Below, piece by piece: positions 15,979-24,029 of a stretch of DNA of 43,862 bases. Under the pieces are notes generated by a model. It made no database searches. It had not been told where the DNA came from and saw only the letters and a list, made by a program, of their open reading frames with translations. Origin of the DNA: a virus; IMG/VR virus record IMGVR_UViG_3300045988_028422. The stretch is one strand, 5' to 3'. A program made the position numbers and the translations under genes. Position 1 is the first letter of the stretch, and every line of letters begins with the position of its first letter.

Positions 15979-16005
15979 ACCAAGGAACCTCTCTAGTAAC
16001 CTTTT
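15967..16005 (+). terminator. 11-bp perfect hairpin plus T-run overlapping the promoter (candidate early terminator/processing site)
   Basis: ttactagagag (15967-15977) pairs with ctctctagtaa (15989-15999), followed by ccttttaatt. Confidence 0.35.
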
Positions 16006-16034
16006 AATTAATTAAACAAGGAAACCATTTTAAA

Positions 16035-16661
16035 ATGATCGAACGTTACACTACTCCGAAGGGCTTTGCTCAGTATCCTCACCTTAAGGATCCTGACATG
16101 AAATTCAATCCTGAGGGTGTCTTTAGTGTCACTATGCGCTTTGAAGGTAAGACACCGGAGCTGCAGGCACTCATTGAGAAGCTTGAGGCTATTCAGGACA
16201 AGGCTTTTGATGAAGCAGTCTCTGAAGCCAATGCGATGAATAAGAAAAAGATCCATAAGTCTGATCTCTTCTTTGAAGATGAAGAGGGTAATGTCTACCT
16301 CAAGTTTAAGCAGAATGCTGTAATCAAGAAAAAGGATGGATCTACAGTCAACGCTAAGATTGCCCATTTTGATTCTAAGGGCAAGCCTATTGACGTCAAT
16401 GTAGGTCGTGATTCAGTGATTCGTCTTAGCTTCACTGCAGCACCTTACTTTATGCAGTCTACTAAGCAGGTTGGCCTTAGCCTTCGACCGGTTGCAGTCC
16501 AAGTGATTAAGCTTAACGAGTTCGGTGGTTCATCTGCAGAGGACTACGGCTTCTCTGCTGAAGAGGAAGGCTATGAGGCATTCAAGGAAGAGGCACCATT
16601 TGACAGCCTCGATGAAGATGAAGTAGAATCACGTAAGGCTGTTGGAGCCACTGATTTTTAA
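16035..16661 (+). CDS. Single-stranded DNA-binding protein (T7 gp2.5-like)
   Basis: N-terminus TPKGFAQYPHLKDPD. Acidic C-terminal tail ending ..DSLDEDEVESRKAVGATDF, with an aromatic C-terminal residue as in gp2.5. Confidence 0.8.
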   Translation: MIERYTTPKGFAQYPHLKDPDMKFNPEGVFSVTMRFEGKTPELQALIEKLEAIQDKAFDEAVSEANAMNKKKIHKSDLFFEDEEGNVYLKFKQNAVIKKKDGSTVNAKIAHFDSKGKPIDVNVGRDSVIRLSFTAAPYFMQSTKQVGLSLRPVAVQVIKLNEFGGSSAEDYGFSAEEEGYEAFKEEAPFDSLDEDEVESRKAVGATDF

Positions 16662-16683
16662 TAATTACTAGGGAGTACCTAAG

Positions 16684-17130
16684 ATGATTACTTTGGAAGA
16701 ACTTGATAACCGCATTGATTCGGCTCAAACTACTCTTGCTATGATGCAGGATGTTGTGCAGGGTCTTAAGACTAACATTGAGGAACTTAAAGAGGAACAA
16801 AAGGAACCTACTTTCGATCTCTATGATTGGAACCCATGCACCATTAAATTCCCTGATCATGTGCTGCAAGATATCGATTGTGACTTTGTTGCAGTCATGC
16901 TGATGCATAAGGATGTCTATAAGGAATACTGTGAAGATGTAGAAAGTCTTCCTGTAGATGCCTCTAGTGTGCAAGATGGTAGCCTCTTTCTTGGTTACAT
17001 GTACTTTTCGCTTAGTGATGCTAAACCTACCTTCAAGTACGCTAATGGATCTCCTATCTTTGATAAGGGCAGTGAAGAGAAGCGAGATCCTAAGAATTAT
17101 TACTTTAAGTACGTCTTTGGTGGTATCTAA
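16684..17130 (+). CDS. Hypothetical protein (148 aa)
   Basis: gggag SD. taATG coupling to the next gene. Confidence 0.6.
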   Translation: MITLEELDNRIDSAQTTLAMMQDVVQGLKTNIEELKEEQKEPTFDLYDWNPCTIKFPDHVLQDIDCDFVAVMLMHKDVYKEYCEDVESLPVDASSVQDGSLFLGYMYFSLSDAKPTFKYANGSPIFDKGSEEKRDPKNYYFKYVFGGI

Positions 17131-17612
17131 TGACCACCCGCAGTGCAGCATACAGCAAAGCTAAAAGGCACAACGCGGGTACCTACAGATCAGGACTTGA
17201 GGAGAAGAATTCAGACTTCCTCAAGTCCTTTTCTATTGAGCCACACTATGAGGAACAGTACTTAGAGTATGTCGTTCCTCAGAGTACTCACAAGTATACC
17301 CCTGATTTCGTGTTGCCTAATGGCATCATTATAGAAACTAAGGGTGTCTGGGATGCTGAAGATAGGAAGAAGCATTTATTAATCCGTGAGCAACATCCTG
17401 AGTTAGATATCCGGTTTGTCTTTAGTAGAAGTAAGACGTACATTTATAAGGGATCGTCTACTACTTACGCTAGCTTCTGCAACAAGAACGGCATTAAGTT
17501 TGCCGATAAGCTGATCCCCGAAGAATGGCTTAAAGAGAAACCTAAAGATATCCCTGAGGGAATCTTGAAGAACAAGAATAATAACAATAACAACAAGAGA
17601 ATTAATAAATGA
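17130..17612 (+). CDS. Endonuclease I / Holliday-junction resolvase (T7 gp3-like)
   Basis: YRSGLEEKNSDFL..KYTPDFVLPNGIIIETKGVWDAEDRKKHLLIREQHPELDIRFVF. Poly-Asn C-terminal tail. Confidence 0.85.
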   Translation: MTTRSAAYSKAKRHNAGTYRSGLEEKNSDFLKSFSIEPHYEEQYLEYVVPQSTHKYTPDFVLPNGIIIETKGVWDAEDRKKHLLIREQHPELDIRFVFSRSKTYIYKGSSTTYASFCNKNGIKFADKLIPEEWLKEKPKDIPEGILKNKNNNNNNKRINK

Positions 17613-18205
17613 CTACTACCTTTAAGGAACCACTGATTGACTACCATAGAAACTTTGTTAAGTTCAAGTCTCGCAGTTCTACGAATTATCTGGTGGTTCA
17701 CTGCAGCGCTACTCAAAATAAGCCTGAGTACACTTGGAAAACTATTGATCAAATGCATCGTCAAAAGGGATGGCTTGGTATAGGCTATCACTTTGTCATT
17801 CTTACGGATGGAGCTATTCAAAATGGCAGACCCCTTGAAGCTATTGGCAGTCACGTTCTGGGTTATAATGATGACAGTGTTGGCATTTGCCTTATTGGGG
17901 GGACTGATCGTAACGGTAAGTCTGTAGACAACTTTACAGAGAAGCAAAAGGAATCTCTTAAGAAACTTTTAGACTGGCTTAAGAGTAAGTATCCTAAAGC
18001 TAAGGTCTTAGGGCATAGAGATTTCCCCGGGGTAGCCAAAGACTGCCCTTGCTTTGATGTTCAGTCGTGGTACGGCCGTGGTGCTGTCTACGTTACCTAT
18101 GAAGATGCAAGTTCTCTTGATAGATGCAAGTTGTCTCAAGCTGATCTTAAGGAAGCCAATGGGACACTTGAGTTCACTAAAGGCGACTTAGTTCGTATCG
18201 CATAA
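17609..18205 (+). CDS. N-acetylmuramoyl-L-alanine amidase (T7 gp3.5 lysozyme-like) with C-terminal extension
   Basis: YLVVHCSAT, IGYHFVI and GHRDF..KDCPCFD (Zn ligands). 198 aa, versus 151 aa recalled for T7 lysozyme. The extra tail looks LysM-like. Confidence 0.85.
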   Translation: MTTTFKEPLIDYHRNFVKFKSRSSTNYLVVHCSATQNKPEYTWKTIDQMHRQKGWLGIGYHFVILTDGAIQNGRPLEAIGSHVLGYNDDSVGICLIGGTDRNGKSVDNFTEKQKESLKKLLDWLKSKYPKAKVLGHRDFPGVAKDCPCFDVQSWYGRGAVYVTYEDASSLDRCKLSQADLKEANGTLEFTKGDLVRIA

Positions 18206-18226
18206 AATCTCCACTACTAGAGAGAA
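18202..18226 (+). promoter_or_regulatory. Phage-RNAP promoter candidate
   Basis: ataaaatctccactactagagagaag. This is the best match to the consensus of the four copies. Confidence 0.6.
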
Positions 18227-18235
18227 GAATAAACT

Positions 18236-18661
18236 ATGTGGGAGAAGGTAGCCATACTAGCAGTAGTCTTAGCTTTCATTACAGGTGTCATTGGTGGCAG
18301 GAAATATGAAAGCAATAAGCACACTGAAGAGCTTGTAGCTATTCAAGCTCAGAATGAAGTCAAACTAAAGGAGCTAACAGCTAGGAAAGATGAAACAATT
18401 AGCCTTATCATTAAAAGTAAAGCTTCTGATGCTGCTGACTTGGCTGCCCTTACTAAACATGTTAATCGGGTGCAGTACAACCTCAGTAGCACCGATAGAA
18501 AGCTTCTCAGGGATGCCTCAGGAGCTAATGCAAAGTCAGTCGAAGCGTGTAGACAGTTACTCTCAGAGAGTGCAGGACTTCATAGAGAAGGTGTTGAATT
18601 ACTCAGAGACCTCAACACGAGACTAGAGGCTTTTATCAAACTGAATTCTACCTCTCCGTAA
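18236..18661 (+). CDS. i-spanin (Rz-like)
   Basis: N-terminal TM segment (VAILAVVLAFITGVIGG) followed by coiled-coil-like sequence. It contains an embedded lipoprotein ORF. Confidence 0.6.
   Translation: MWEKVAILAVVLAFITGVIGGRKYESNKHTEELVAIQAQNEVKLKELTARKDETISLIIKSKASDAADLAALTKHVNRVQYNLSSTDRKLLRDASGANAKSVEACRQLLSESAGLHREGVELLRDLNTRLEAFIKLNSTSP
18390..18626 (+). CDS. o-spanin (Rz1-like), fully embedded in +1 frame
   Basis: Signal peptide MKQLALSLKVKLLMLLTWLPLLNMLIG|C with an LIGC lipobox. agga lies just upstream of the ATG. Confidence 0.55.
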   Translation: MKQLALSLKVKLLMLLTWLPLLNMLIGCSTTSVAPIESFSGMPQELMQSQSKRVDSYSQRVQDFIEKVLNYSETSTRD

Positions 18662-18728
18662 TATAATTGGACAATATACCATTCTTCTAAAGTGGCTTAT
18701 GTAGGTTCGAATCCTACCGGAGAGACCA
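18652..18728 (+). tRNA. tRNA-Arg (anticodon UCU)
   Basis: Hand-folded cloverleaf. Acceptor ctctccg/cggagag; D atat/atat; anticodon stem ccatt/agtgg with loop cttctaa; T arm gtagg-ttcgaat-cctac; encoded CCA. The 5' end overlaps the Rz stop codon. Confidence 0.85.
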
Positions 18729-18735
18729 ATATTTT

Positions 18736-18820
18736 AGGTGATTGACGGAATTGGCAGACGTTCTATGCTTAAACCATAGTGCCGAATGGCGTAGGGGTTC
18801 GAGTCCCCTATCACCTACCA
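18736..18820 (+). tRNA. tRNA-Leu (anticodon UAA), class II with long variable arm
   Basis: Acceptor aggtgat/atcacct; 3-bp D stem; anticodon stem ctatg/catag with loop cttaaac; variable arm gcc-gaat-ggc; T arm agggg-ttcgagt-cccct; encoded CCA. Confidence 0.85.
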
Positions 18821-18862
18821 AAGACACACCATAGTTAACACACACTAAAGGAAACCACAATT

Positions 18863-19033
18863 ATGGAACCTATTGAACGTAAATCAGATTGGCATTATCC
18901 TGACGGAGATTCATACCGTGATGAGCTTCATAGTAATCAGAAAGAAAAGTGGGAGTATGAATATGAAGCTTTTCTAGATTCTGAAGATGATCCTGATGAT
19001 GAGATTGATGAGGAGGACGATGAAGATGAGTGA
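18863..19033 (+). CDS. Small protein with poly-acidic C-terminus (56 aa)
   Basis: The leader ctaaaggaaacca is the same as at the RNAP gene. Translation: MEPIERKSDWHYPDGDSYRDELHSNQKEKWEYEYEAFLDSEDDPDDEIDEEDDEDE. Not in the ORF track. Confidence 0.55.
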   Translation: MEPIERKSDWHYPDGDSYRDELHSNQKEKWEYEYEAFLDSEDDPDDEIDEEDDEDE

Positions 19034-19871
19034 TAATGGTCAAATTCCTGGGTTTTGTGTAGGTAACTCTTTGGCTATCCTTCGAGCACGCAACAAAGAT
19101 CTCTATACGTTTGAATTGGAGTATCCTCGGTTCATCCATAGTGAATTCATGACACACCGGATGTTCTCTCGGAATGCCTCTAGCTCGCGTGCGGTTCCTG
19201 TAGAGAAAACCATTCAGAACATCCTTAATAAGCCTTGGGCACCTTTGAAGGTCTATAAGAATTGTAAGGGTATGCAAGGCAAGGAGCTCATTAGTGATGA
19301 TGAGTATGATGTCTTTTGCGAAGAGTGGCAAGATGCTGCATTTAAGGCAATTGAAGTTGCTCATAAGATGATTGACAATGGGTACCATAAGCAGCATATC
19401 AATCGTATCCTAGAGCCTTTCACAAAGATTAAAGTTATTGTTACTGCCACTGAGTGGGATAACTTCTTTAATCTCCGGTTGTCTCCTGATGCTGACCCAG
19501 AGATTCAATCTCTTGCTATGGCTATTAAGAAAGCTATGGACAACGCTTGGAGTACCTTCATCAATGTTCATGGTGGGCGTACGCTTCCATATGTGACCTT
19601 TGATGAGATGGATAACATTGAGGATAATCGTATTCTCACGCTTATCTCTGCTGCACGTTGTGCCCGAGTGTCTTATCTTAATCACGATGGTTCTAAGCCG
19701 GATATCCTAAAGGATCTTGCTCTTGCTAAACGACTTATCAATAGTGGGCATATGACACCTTTTGAACATCAGTGTCAAGATGTTTTCGATGCAGGTTTCT
19801 ACTATAACCTTCGTGATTCCCAAAGTGCACGCTATATGCTAGATCATGGAATCGACCTTTCTGCACCATGA
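19020..19871 (+). CDS. thyX: Flavin-dependent thymidylate synthase ThyX
   Basis: ThyX signature FMTHRMFSRNASSSRAVP (RHRxxSxxxxSxR type). The start was chosen at ATG 19020, after the gaggagg SD; the track ORF begins at 18987. Confidence 0.85.
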   Translation: MKMSDNGQIPGFCVGNSLAILRARNKDLYTFELEYPRFIHSEFMTHRMFSRNASSSRAVPVEKTIQNILNKPWAPLKVYKNCKGMQGKELISDDEYDVFCEEWQDAAFKAIEVAHKMIDNGYHKQHINRILEPFTKIKVIVTATEWDNFFNLRLSPDADPEIQSLAMAIKKAMDNAWSTFINVHGGRTLPYVTFDEMDNIEDNRILTLISAARCARVSYLNHDGSKPDILKDLALAKRLINSGHMTPFEHQCQDVFDAGFYYNLRDSQSARYMLDHGIDLSAP

Positions 19872-21471
19872 GCCTTGTCCTAATTGTGGCTCTAGCGATG
19901 CTCTTGCTGTTTTTAGTGACGGTCATAAGTATTGCTATAGCTGTACCACTTATTTTAGACCTGATGGATCTTTGGACAAACCCAAGGGGGTAAAGATGTC
20001 AGCATCCAATATGATTCCTTTAGAGGAACTACAGATCTCTGCTTTGCCTGCTAGGGGTATCACTAAAGATACTTGTACTAAGCTAAAGTATTTCGTGGGG
20101 GAGTATAAGGGTAACCCTTGTCAAGTGGCTTGCTACTATGATGACAAGGGTTCTCTTGTAGGACAAAAGCTTAGATTCCCTGATAAGTCTTTTGCTGTAC
20201 TAGGGAAGATCTCTGGGTGCCTCTATGGTTCTCAGTTGTGGTCTAGTGGTAAGAAACTAGTAATCACTGAAGGTGAGATAGATGCCCTTAGTGTGTCTCA
20301 AGTGCAAGGCAATAAGTGGCCTGTAGTGTCTATCCCTAATGGTGCTCAGGCTGCTAGGAAAGCCATTGAAGCTAACCTAGAGTATCTAAATAACTTTGAA
20401 GAGATCATCCTAATGTTTGATATGGATGATCCGGGACGTAAAGCAAGTGAAGATTGTGCAAAGATTCTCCCATTGGGTAAAGCGTACATTGCTAATCTAC
20501 CTCTTAAGGATCCTAATGAGTGTCTTAAGGCTGGGAGATCAGGTGACCTTGTATCGGCCATATGGAACGCTAAGCCTTACAGACCTGATGGAATTGTTTC
20601 AGGTCAAGATCTCTATGAGAAGTGTGTGGAAGGTCTTGATAGTCTTAAAGACAGTGTGGCCTATCCTTTTCAAGCTCTCCAAAGCAAGACAAACGGTGCT
20701 AGACACGGTGAGCTTTATGTCATTACCTCAGGATCAGGTATGGGAAAATCCACTCTACTCAGAGAGCTTGAATATTTCTTTGGTGTCTCTAAAGGCGAGA
20801 CTTGTGGCGTGGTTGCTCTTGAGGAATCTACAGCAAAGACGGGACTTGAACTTATGTCCATCTTTCTTAATAGACGTCTCATTATCAGTGTTGATCACGA
20901 TAGTGTTTCTAAAGAAGAACTCAAGAGTGCTTTTGATGCCACGATTGGCAACGGAAAGTTCTTCCTCTATGATCACTTTGGATCACTTGATTCTGGGAAT
21001 CTGCTTAGTAAGCTTAGATACATGATCGTAGCTTTAGGCTGCAAGAGAATCTTCCTAGACCATATCTCTATTGTTGTCTCTGGTATGGACAATAGTGACG
21101 ATGGCGGGGAGCGTAAAGCTATTGACAAACTAATGACAAACCTTAGATCCCTTGTTGAAGAAACAGGGTGTACTATGTATGTCGTTAGTCACCTTAAGCG
21201 CCCCGATAAGAAAGGTCACGAAGAAGGAGCTCAGGTGTCTTTAAGTCAACTTAGAGGTTCCGGTGCTATCGCTCAGCTTGCAGATATGGTGATTGGCCTG
21301 GAGAGGAATCAACAGGGAGATAATCCTAATGTCATGGCCCTTAGAGTACTTAAGAATCGTTTCAGTGGTTTGACTGGTATAGGTGGTTATCTCTATTATG
21401 ATCCCGAAACAGGCCGACTAAAGGACTACGATTGCCCATTTGAGGATGACTTAGGTGACTGTCCATTCTAG
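19846..21471 (+). CDS. DNA primase/helicase (T7 gp4-like)
   Basis: Zn finger CPNCGSSDALAVFSDGHKYCYSC. TOPRIM ITEGEIDALS..ILMFDMDDPGRKA. Walker A SGSGMGKST. FLDHISIV, and RGSGAIAQLADMVIGLERNQQGD. Confidence 0.95.
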   Translation: MESTFLHHEPCPNCGSSDALAVFSDGHKYCYSCTTYFRPDGSLDKPKGVKMSASNMIPLEELQISALPARGITKDTCTKLKYFVGEYKGNPCQVACYYDDKGSLVGQKLRFPDKSFAVLGKISGCLYGSQLWSSGKKLVITEGEIDALSVSQVQGNKWPVVSIPNGAQAARKAIEANLEYLNNFEEIILMFDMDDPGRKASEDCAKILPLGKAYIANLPLKDPNECLKAGRSGDLVSAIWNAKPYRPDGIVSGQDLYEKCVEGLDSLKDSVAYPFQALQSKTNGARHGELYVITSGSGMGKSTLLRELEYFFGVSKGETCGVVALEESTAKTGLELMSIFLNRRLIISVDHDSVSKEELKSAFDATIGNGKFFLYDHFGSLDSGNLLSKLRYMIVALGCKRIFLDHISIVVSGMDNSDDGGERKAIDKLMTNLRSLVEETGCTMYVVSHLKRPDKKGHEEGAQVSLSQLRGSGAIAQLADMVIGLERNQQGDNPNVMALRVLKNRFSGLTGIGGYLYYDPETGRLKDYDCPFEDDLGDCPF

Positions 21472-22264
21472 TTTCTATAATGATTTTGATCCTAATGCCT
21501 GCAGGTGGTTAGACAATCTGCAGAGGCACCATAAGATCCCTGAGGGTGTAGTATCCTCTATGTCTATTACCAATATCACTGAGGTAGGTGACTATCAGTA
21601 TGCTCATTTTTTTGCAGGGATTGGTGGATGGCCTTTAGCGTTCCAATTAGCTCAGCTTAAGACTGACCTAAAGGTTTGGAGTGGGTCATGCCCTTGTCAG
21701 CCCTTCAGTGCTGCAGGCAAACAAAAAGGAGTTAATGATGAAAGAGACCTATGGCCGGTCTTCAATAAGCTCATACAACAAGAGAGACCTGATATCATCT
21801 TTGGGGAGCAAGTTGCAACAGCGATTAGACACGGTTGGCTTGACAGGCTCACCTCTGACCTCGAAAGTAATGGTTACCTCGTGCTCTCTTCCGTACTATC
21901 AGCTAACTTGCTTGGGGCTCCGCATGAGAGACGTAGGCTATTCTGGGGAGCCTTCAATATGGAGAACCCCAACCGTCTCAGACACACAAGGTGGTGCCCG
22001 TTGGGCGATCCCTCGTGGTGCTCTGGTTACCTTCAAGAGCACTCTGAAGAACGCTTATCTAGCAGCAAATCATTTTGGGAGAACGGAGAGTGGCTTGAGG
22101 GTACAGAAGGGAAAAGCTTTCTTGTTGAACCCAGAACTTTCCCGCTTTGTAATGGGGTACCCTACAGATTGGAGCTGTTACGTGGCTACGGAAATGCCAT
22201 AGTTCCTCAATTGGGTGCCTTGTTCATTACATCTTTTCTTGACACAATCTTGGCAAAGCTATAG
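21455..22264 (+). CDS. DNA (cytosine-5) methyltransferase, compact phage type, no partner endonuclease
   Basis: FFAGIGGWPLAF (motif I), SCPCQPFSAAGK (motif IV), FGEQV (VI), APHERRRLFW (VIII), GNAIVPQ (X). The N-terminus SFYNDFDPNACRWLDNL is typical of a phage Dcm family as I recall it. Confidence 0.8.
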   Translation: MTVHSSFYNDFDPNACRWLDNLQRHHKIPEGVVSSMSITNITEVGDYQYAHFFAGIGGWPLAFQLAQLKTDLKVWSGSCPCQPFSAAGKQKGVNDERDLWPVFNKLIQQERPDIIFGEQVATAIRHGWLDRLTSDLESNGYLVLSSVLSANLLGAPHERRRLFWGAFNMENPNRLRHTRWCPLGDPSWCSGYLQEHSEERLSSSKSFWENGEWLEGTEGKSFLVEPRTFPLCNGVPYRLELLRGYGNAIVPQLGALFITSFLDTILAKL

Positions 22265-22277
22265 AAGGATATAGAAA

Positions 22278-24029
22278 ATGCTTCAACTATACGACAAACA
22301 TATCATTACTGATATCGAAACCAATGGATTATTGGATACCGTAACTAAATTCTGGTGCGCATGGATCTACGATAGTGCCTCTCAGGAGTACAAAGGATAT
22401 AAGGATCTCGATGAATACATTGATGCTCTTAATGTATATGGTACTAGCGGTTATAACTTGGTATTTCACAATGGTATCAAGTACGATGTCCCTTGTCTTA
22501 AGCGACTATCAGGTAAAGACTTTGTATTTGATCCTAGGGATTGTGTTATCGATACGCTTGTCTTTGCTCGTCTAGTTTGGAGCAACATTAAAGATCTCGA
22601 TATGGGCTTAATTCGTTCTGGGAGGCTTCCCAAGGATCTCTTTGGTTCCCATTCATTGAAAGCCTATGGCTATCGCCTGCGTGAACTAAAGGGCACCTAT
22701 GGGGAACAGGAGGAGGCTTGGGACAGCTTCTCAGAAGAGATGTATCAGTACAACTATCAGGACGTAGTTGTTACTAAGATGCTTTTTGATAAACTCTTAG
22801 GCAAAGGTTACCCTTGGGAGGCCGTACAGCTTGAGCATGATATCGCATGGGTGATGGCTAAGCAGGAGCGTAATGGTTTTGTCTTTAATAGAGATAAAGC
22901 TGTAGTTCTCTATAGTGAGCTTGCAGGGCGCAGAGATGAGTTGACTAAAGAGCTGCAAGAGAGTGTCCCTCCTCTATTGACTGGCTATAAGACCTACAAG
23001 AGAGACAACGCTAAGAAAGGTATTAAAGCAGGAGTACAATATCCTGTTTATGAAACCTTTAATCCCAATAGTCGACAACAGATTGCTAAGGTTCTCATTG
23101 AGCAAGGGTGGGAGCCTCAGGAGGTGACTGATACAGGGTTGCCTAAGGTTGATGAAGAAACTCTAAAGACTGCTAAAGATATTCCTATGACTAGCAAGAT
23201 CTTAGAACTTCTCATGTTAAACAAACGTATTGGTCAGCTTGCTGAGGGTAGTAATGCGTGGCTAAAGCTGATGAAGGAGGATCCTAATGATCACCTATGG
23301 CGTATTCATGGCTCCGTTAACCCTAATGGGGCTGTCACTGGCCGTGCAACTCATAGTTATCCTAATGTTGCTCAAGTTCCTGCCAATAGAGCTCCTTACG
23401 GGAAATTATGCAGAGAATTATTTACTGTTCCACAAGGATGGTATGAGGCTGGTATTGATGCTTCTGGTCTTGAGCTGCGTTGCCTTGGGCATTTCCTATC
23501 CCCATATGATAATGGTGCATATGTAAATGAAATCCTCTCAGGGGATATCCATACGCATAACCAAAAGATGGCAGGGCTTGCTACACGTGACCAAGCGAAA
23601 ACTATGATCTACTGCATGATGTACGGAGGAGGAGACGCTAAGCTTGGTGAGGTTATCGGGGGAGACGCTAGGGCAGGTAAGGCACTTAAAGAGAAGTTCT
23701 TTAAGGCTATTCCTGCTTATAAAGATCTAGTAGAGGATATCTCTCATAGTCTTGTCTCCTCTTCAGAGTGGGTAGGGGGTACTCATAAAGTGAAGTGGCG
23801 TAAGCGGTATCATCCTGATAGTCCTCAGCTTGAGATTACTCATTGTGTCTTAGGTTTGGACAGACGTGTCATCTATGTGCGCTCTGAGCACTCAGCTTTG
23901 AATACCCTATTGCAATCTGCAGGTGCTCTCATTTGTAAGAAATGGGTGTGTCTTGTAGAAGAGAATATGCGTAAGGCTGGCTATAAGCACAGCTGGGATG
24001 GAGACTTTGCCATGATGGCATGGGTGCAT
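22278..24029 (+). CDS. DNA polymerase (T7 gp5-like, family A), exon 1
   Basis: Exo I motif ITDIETNGL. Pol motifs ..GIDASGLELRCLGH, QAKTMIYCMMYGGG. The exon ends ..FAMMAWVH, just before the motif C HDE. Confidence 0.9.

Noticed and set aside
20417-21025. 202-aa alternative-frame + strand ORF inside the primase/helicase gene, and 21681-22202 inside the methyltransferase gene
   Set aside because: The annotated frames carry complete, ordered catalytic motifs. The alternative frames have none and no SD.
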